61,157 nucleotides of DNA from Hydrurus foetidus. Taxonomy: Eukaryota. Positions 54,502 to 61,157 of the stretch are shown here, piece after piece (positions within the stretch are counted from its first letter, which is position 1; each line of letters starts with the position of its first letter). The position numbers and the translations under genes are program-made. The stretch is from positions 62,001 through 123,157 of the forward strand of contig UYFQ01000294.1 in NCBI GenBank assembly GCA_900617105.1. The letters are read 5' to 3'. Under the pieces are notes generated by a model that was not told the origin of the DNA, ran no database searches, and saw nothing but the letters and a program-made list of their open reading frames with translations.

Positions 54502-56810
54502 CCATGATCTCACCACCACCCTCCAAACCATCACAAGCACTCACCCCGCTTTCCATCACCGGCGCCAGCTCAGCAACATTCTAACTATCACCCAACAGCT
54601 CCTCGATATCGCAGCTTTATACAATCCAACTTCAGACCCAATCTTACCAATCGATGCAGTCAATGACAATTCCGATGCAACCGAACAGAGGGTGCACATC
54701 TCTCTGGCACCAATTTTGACCAATATAACTTTCCCAGCAGCATTATATCACCCACTTGCACACACGTCCCCCACGGAACAGAGGGTGCCTGATACGGATA
54801 TTGTGCCCTCCCCTCAATCCATGTCTGAGATCGACGCTCTCCCCAACATTCCTCTCCAAGCATCCCAACAGCCACCTACAATACCAAAACCGCCGTCTCC
54901 GCCAGTAACTCGACAGCATACTGCGCGTCAGCGCGCCAACGCCGCACTTAATTTGGCTGCAGATGGAAGCCCTCTAACATACTCCAAAGCAAAAGCCGGG
55001 CCTGATGCTGCACGGTGGCTACAAGCCGAGGCAGAAGAGTTTGATCGCCTGCTCACTTCACATACGATAAAACCTATCCTAGAGTGCGACCAGCCAGCCA
55101 ACCGATCGTCGTCAGGATACTACCTACTTCAATCCGCAAACAAAACAAAAGATTGACTCTACCGGCTCCACTACCTATCGCATTCGCGGTACAGCTGGAG
55201 GCGATCAGCCCTACATCAGCGCAAACAGCTGCCATGCCAGTCGTCAAGCTTTTGTTGCATTCCGTCGTCTCTGAGCATAAAAAGTGGATGACAATCGATA
55301 TCAAAGATTATTACCTCAACACTCCCCTACTTCGTCCTGAATTCATCCGGATTCCATGTCGTATGATACCCGATACTACTATCGCTACCCACTGTCTCAA
55401 ACCGTATGTCCATCAAAACGCAATTCTATTTCAAGTCAATAAAGGTATGTATGGCCTTCCCCAAGCCGGACTATTAGCACAACAACGCTTAATTGCCCAT
55501 CTCGCCAACCATGGCTATCATAAGACATCCACCTCCTGCCTGTTTCGGCACACCTCCAACGGCACTGCTTTCACTCTTGTTGTCGACGATTTTGGAATAA
55601 AATATTCGAATCAGGCTGGCGCTGACCACCTTATTCGCACCCTACAACTGCTCTACGTTATCACCATCAACTGAACCGGGTCCACATACATCGGATCCAA
55701 GTTTCCCTCACTATGCCCTGCTATATTAGCAAAATATTAGAGCGATTCGCTCCACATCTTTGTCTCGGTGCTGCCTCTCCCGCCGTCTACATTCCTCCAT
55801 CATATGGTGCTCCAACACAAGCCGTTACTTCCGACATCTCATCACTCTTACCACCATCAGCCATCAAAAGACTTCAGGAGCAAGTCGGCTGTCTGCTCTA
55901 CTATGCCAGAGGAGTTGATGCTACTATACTCCCAGCAGTCAACCACATCGCGTCTCCACAATCTCAACCTACCGTCATGGTTGCTGCTGCTATGGATCAC
56001 CTTCTTCAGTATTGTGCCCGTTTTTCTGACAATGCACTTGTTTTCACAGCCTGCGATATGCGACTTTTTATACAATCCGACGCTTCATACCTTTCCCGCT
56101 CAAGGGCACGCTCCGTCGCAGGTGGCATTTTCTACCTTGGTAATAACAATCAACCAACAACTATCAATGGTCCCTGTCTGACTCTCAGTACTATCATTCC
56201 TGTAGTCGTCTCATCAGTTGCTGAGGCAGAGTATGCAGCAGTATTTATGAATGCAAAAGAGGGGGCCTCTCTCCGAGATATTCTCGATAATCTCGCCTAC
56301 CCCCAACCTACAACCGACATTCTGTGTGACAACATGTGCGCTGTTGGACTCGCCTCTGATACTGTCACACCCAAGAAAACAAAATCCATCGATATGCAGT
56401 TCCATTGGATACGAGATAGAGTCCGTCAAAAGCAATTCAAAGTCACTTGGCGTCAAGGCGAGCATAACTTGGCTGACTTCGTCACAAAGGCCCTTCACCG
56501 CACCCTTATGCTATTTCTCGTCAGCATCCCGCGAACACCTCACACAAAGGTCCAAAGCTCTCACGCTCGTCGCTCATATGCGTGGAGGATGCTTCGCCAC
56601 AATGCAAGAAATCACGATTGCAAATTGTTACATGATGTCTAATATGTAACTAGCCATTTTATTAGTTTATTTCTCATGCATAATTACGTTCAAAAGCACT
56701 TCGTCTTGCTTATCCTTCATACATTAGCACATTACAGATTGAGAGGGTGTGTTCATGCATGTACATACAAGCATCCGATCTTGATCTCGATCTCGATCTT
56801 GAGCACTTCA
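54502..56810 (+). mobile_element. Decayed Ty1/Copia retrotransposon 3' part (RT, RNase H, PPT, start of 3' LTR; end approximate)
   Basis: WLQAEAEEFDRL, DIKDYYLNTPL, KGMYGLPQAG, LVVDDFGIK, GCLLYYAR, SDASY, SSVAEAEY, CDN, KSIDMQFHWIRD, NLADFVTK. Frameshifts near 55120-55200 and 55680. PPT GAGAGGG at 56741 followed by TG. Confidence 0.9.
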
Positions 56811-57042
56811 ATCTGTCTCTGTGCTTTCATCCTCGCTTTCTTCATAGGTTAGTCTAAACCAACGTAAACTTGTCCATCGGTTTACTGAACGTTCTTCAGG
56901 TTGCTTCCACTGGATCAACAACAGGAGCGGAGAAAGAAAAGTACGGGATCCTGGGGAAAACGGTAAGAATAATAAAAACACCTTTGGCACGCCATACTCA
57001 GACCTCAGATCGAGGATTTCAAAACGAGGAATCCAAAAAAAC

Positions 57043-59933
57043 TAGAGCTCGGTGCCGAACCCCGAAACGGGGTTCGGTAAATTTGCCGAACCCTTTTGGT
57101 CTCAAGCCGGCCATGCCGGCCGGCATTATCATTATATCGTCAAATACATTAAAAGGAACGGAACCAATCGGTCACTGGTACAGTGGTCGACTGCCCGAAT
57201 CTACCTGTCGCCACTCGCGGGTTCGATCCTGTCATGTTCCAGTGCGTTATGAGTAATACAGTGGACTACACTACAGCCAAAAAAAAGTCCCGGGATCGAG
57301 TCGAGGAACAAGCAGATAGGTCCGATAAAATGCGTGGTACGGAGTCGTACAGTGTGGTCTAGTGAGAAGGGTTCTGCCTTCGAGACTTCCAGCTGAGAGC
57401 TGTACGGAGTGATATCACACCTTAACAACAAAGAAGTAAGTAAGTATCTTATTGTTAATATTAAATAAACGCAAGAATCTTATATCATGCAGCTACTCTC
57501 TGCGCCTTGTTTGCCCTGAGATCGGCAGGAGGATGATCTTTTTCCATTTGCTCTGTCGCAGACCAGGCATCGTGGAGAAATATCAACGCCGCCGCATTCT
57601 CTGCATTCAAAGAAGCGCGTCTGTTCGTAATTGTCAAGCCAGCGGCTGAGAACACCCTCTCGGATGGGGCAGATGTTGCTGGGATACAGAGTACTCTCCT
57701 GGCAAGCTTTGACATAATGGGCAGCTTGTCTTCGTGATCTTTCCACCACAGGAGAGGAATTACGTGAACCACCCCACCGGCTGCATCATTCCTTTTCCCA
57801 GGTAGAATGGGTACGGCCCTGTAGTGTGATATCTCGGCTTTGATATTATCTTCCGTTGAAATTTCCTCCCGAAGTAGAAGGTCTAAATCGACATCGACTT
57901 GCACGTCCTCCATCAATAAATCGTAGTAGTCTTTCTCGGCGTTTACTCCTGCAGCGAATGGAACTAGGTTGGAAAAATCATGAACAGGGACCAGCACCTC
58001 ATCATACGCTATCCCTAACATGACACTTGCGATATGACGCCACAGCAATTTCTTGTCGGTGTCAGGAATTCCTCTCAGCATTTTTGTCCTAGGATCAACA
58101 GCTGCTGCCATCATGGTCAGTTTTGAAAGTCCTTTTAGTCTGCGCTGCGAGCCTTCAGTTTCGTTCTCAGTGAAACCGGTATCATCATCTACGCTTCCCC
58201 ATCTCCTGATAAAATCCTCGTACATTTTTCTGGGCATTGACTTCACGCTTCCAGAGTAGATTTCGTTGACATTAATATTTGCGAGACCCTCCCGGATACC
58301 GTGGACTATGCCAGGTACAAAGCTTAGCGTCACATATTTCTCGCCCTCCAGAATCTTCTGTGCGAGCATGAAGGGTCATAGAACATCTCTGACTAGCTTC
58401 GTCGTAACCCATTGTGACTCAGTCAAATTGCATGTGAGTGATCCCTCCGTCTCCATTAAATCAAAATAATTTTATAGGTGGATTAGACGCTCTGTCATGG
58501 TGAACGTCGACCACCACCGAGTTGAAACGTCTTCGAGAACACCAACTTGACGGGGGCAATCGGCTTGTTTGTCCTTAAGCTTCTTTGTCGCTTGAGAAGA
58601 GTGGGAAAAATGGGCCACCAGAGAGCGACATGCCTTCATGGTATTGTCTGCTCCAGGTAGATTGATATCACTGAACCCTATTCCGGATGTCAGCTCTAGG
58701 CAAAAGTGAAAGGGACCTAACTTTAGTATTTAATCAACACATCCGTATAAGCAATGCGTAAATAGTACCTATGGTGTGTGCCGCACCGTATATTAGAGGT
58801 GACGGATAAAGTCTGCCAGCAGCTGTCATATTAGCTGCTGTATCAGTGACAACTGCAACAAGGTATTTCGGGTGCAGGTCAAAACTTTCCCACCCCTCTT
58901 TCAGAAGCTTTGCCGTCAAGATTCCAGTAGTTTCACCAGTGTGAGGTGCACAGTTGAGAGTGAGAGATCGCAGGATCCAAGAGTCGTCGATGTGATGTAG
59001 AGTAGCGGCCATATAAGACTCGTTCGCACACGAGGTCTAGTGATCTGTAGTAAGGGCAAAATATTGCCCAACAAGGTACTCTTTCATAGACTCGGATAAT
59101 TGATTTTTGATCTTGAGTAACTCTCGTAGCACGGTTTGAGATGTAAGCATTTGAGTTTTGCCTGGGCTAAGGGATTCACACATTCTGCGGAAGTATATGT
59201 TGTCACATGTGCTTATTGGCTGGTAGGTCTCAACGATCCATCGAATGTAGTCTTTCATGAAGTTGCCTCCATAAACAACGAAAGCTTCCAGTGAACCCGC
59301 AGTTTTTCTTTTTCTTTCAGCCTCAACTTGGAGGTTTTCGTCGAAGATTTCACGATGTTTTGCCTGGAAGTGACTCGTGAGGGCGCTGGTGCTCTTCGAT
59401 TTCCCGTCCCTCACGACGCTTTTGCAGATATCGCACAAGGGATCTCCTAATGTTGCAGTGAGATATGTCCACACCCACGATGTTTTTTTGTTCTGATTTT
59501 TTGCAAATCTACTGGCAAGAGCCACGCTGATAATATTCTCAGATTCTGGTTGCCCAGACTGTGATGCGGAAGGGCTGGGAGGATCTTCCGATGACGACGA
59601 CGCTGTCAAGCTGTAAGATGCGGCTGAAGAAGAGGCACTGGACATGGTTCTGATGTTTTGATCCTTCTCAACTATGATTTCAATGAGAACTTAAATTTTT
59701 CTGCTGACAATTCGAATTTGAGGCGTCACAGATTACAGCACTTGACAGGAGCACAGCTAACATTCTCGAATCTAGGCTCTAGATCTCAAGGTACCTATAG
59801 AACTATCCCCAAAGAGACGATTAAGTCATTTACCGGACCTTATGCCGGTCACTGAAAAGGCGTTCGGCTTCAGTGCCGGCAGGCAATGCCGACCGAAAAT
59901 GCCGGCCGGTGTCGGGTCCGGCACCGAGCTCTA
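57043..59933 (-). mobile_element. hAT DNA transposon with both ends
   Basis: TIRs TAGAGCTCGGTGCCG(A/G)ACCC at 57043 and 59933. 8-bp TSD AAAAAAAC (57035-57042 / 59934-59941). GCCG-rich subterminal repeats. Confidence 0.94.
57485..59645 (-). pseudogene. hAT transposase (BED finger, DDE, dimerization domain) with stop and frameshift lesions
   Basis: SWVWTYL...CDICK...LTSHFQAKH; ALTTDH*TS (W to stop); VTDTAANM; AAHTI; TRWWST; WWKDHEDKLPIMSKLARRVLCIPATSAPSERVFSAAG. Confidence 0.9.
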
Positions 59934-60067
59934 AAAAAAACACGAGGTCTTGGGTCCAAAAGGGCCGAGGATTTTCGGAAAACCCGTGTTTTGAGGATTT
60001 TTTATTTTTTCCATACCTCCGGTACTATAAAGACTCTTTATGGGGTATGGACCCCCACTCAGATTTT

Positions 60068-60965
60068 TATTTTTTCGTACCTCACCTCCAGGTACGAAAA
60101 AGATTTCCCTTTCGTACCTGGGTACGAAAAAGCTCCTTTTCGTACCGCTGTGAGGAACAGGCTACAGAAACTGCGGCTCCAACCCTTTATATACACGCAT
60201 ACGCTATATACGCTACGCCACGTGCGGGCCATAATATTAAACGACATATGTGGCGAAATGCTAGGGGACTAGGCGGCATGAGGACAGCAAGAATCTCTCA
60301 TCTGACACGGCTGGGAAGCAGGGGATCGACAGATTTTTGGCGGCGCGGCTCGATTTTGTAAATTGGATGACCGGTGGATTTCGCGATCTGCAACCGCAGA
60401 TCTCCCCTGAAATCCTGGACGCGCCGCGCCATCGGGGATCTCCGATTTGGGGCTACCCTTTGACAGGACCGCGACGATCTGAAATTACTTTGTTGAACAT
60501 GCTTTTTTGCTTACTTACATCGTAGCTCACGTCAATCAACTACATAGCAAAAAACTGAAATCGATCTTATCGAGCTGCCACCGTCGGCGGTCAATAGTAA
60601 CTAGTACTTTCTAACCCGTGCCTTGAATTACGCCAGCAGCTAATTTGTTCACTATTTGTGTAATGTATTAAGAAGAAATTTTTACGCCATCAACCGTTTA
60701 TCTTCGAAGCAGCACCAAAACTTCGGCAACGCGAAAAATATGTCCTCGGTATCATGGTGCGAGTAGAGAAAACTGCTTGAACAAATAATGCTTCGACGAA
60801 TTTCGTATTGCAAAAAAGGTAATCGGCATGGAAAGTAACGTTCGTGCTCTCGCCAGTAACCTCGGAAGCTTATTTCGTACCTATGAAACACCCCCTCGCG
60901 TCGCGCTCCGCGCGCCCCTCGTGCGTTTCATGGGTACAAAAAACGCTTCCTCGGTACGAAAAAAT
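60068..60965. repeat. Inverted TTTTCGTACC / GGTACGAAAA motif clusters, possibly ends of an unclassified non-autonomous element
   Basis: Five alternating copies at 60070-60146 and further copies at ~60873-60882, ~60932-60942 and ~60953-60964. Confidence 0.6.
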
Positions 60966-60985
60966 CCTGCGTAGGAGCAAAGGGC

Positions 60986-61078
60986 TAGGGCCCTATCTAG
61001 GGTTTTCAGATATTCCCTAGATAGGGCCCTATCTAGGGAACCGGGTGGTCCTAGGGAACCGGGACCATCCCGGTTCCC
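60986..61078. repeat. Palindrome/hairpin cluster
   Basis: Perfect 28-bp palindrome TTCCCTAGATAGGGCCCTATCTAGGGAA (61013-61040), a second TAGGGCCCTATCTAGGG copy at 60986-61002, and the hairpin AGGGAACCGGGA-cca-TCCCGGTTCCCT. Confidence 0.85.
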
Positions 61079-61157
61079 TGATTCCTGAGGTCACCATCAC
61101 AAGTTAGAAGTTAGAAGTTAGTCATCTAGCAGTGAGCAGTGAGCAGTGAGCAGTACA

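Noticed and set aside
61102..61154. Telomere-like repeats (AGTTAGA)3 and (GCAGTGA)3-4
   Set aside because: Too few copies, two different units, and not a known telomere motif; simple repeats.

Overview
Eukaryotic nuclear DNA, most likely a stramenopile alga with a complex plastid (GT-AG introns; several genes carry signal peptide + aromatic-residue bipartite-type presequences). The first ~23.6 kb holds host genes: a PAP/fibrillin-like protein, a fragmented armadillo-repeat gene, an ~18-exon plastid-type gyrB, a B-box/WW/IQ/SAM protein, a Dnmt2/TRDMT1 methyltransferase, a GDXG alpha/beta-hydrolase with a HAD domain inserted inside it, and a SnoaL-like protein. From ~23.7 kb onward it is a nested transposon island. 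It starts with a ~17.6 kb Helitron2/Helentron-type element (asymmetric terminal inverted repeats, OTU-Rep-Pif1 gene) carrying three spliced cargo genes: a USP-like protease, a second putative Cys-His-Asp protease and a putative OB-fold protein. A PIF/Harbinger-superfamily element (32-bp TIRs, AGT TSD) is nested in the Helitron's 5' end. Next is a dead pogo-like transposase split by two chromodomain Ty3/Gypsy elements (one full length, with identical 207-bp LTRs and an ACCG TSD), then a probable third LTR remnant, a decayed Ty1/Copia pol and a complete-ended hAT element with an 8-bp TSD. The most notable observations are the multi-deubiquitinase-like cargo of the Helitron with its own repeated GGACGCAT motif, and a covarying RNA structure shared downstream of the chromodomain of two diverged Gypsy elements. 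All calls come from reading motifs by eye; no database search was run.
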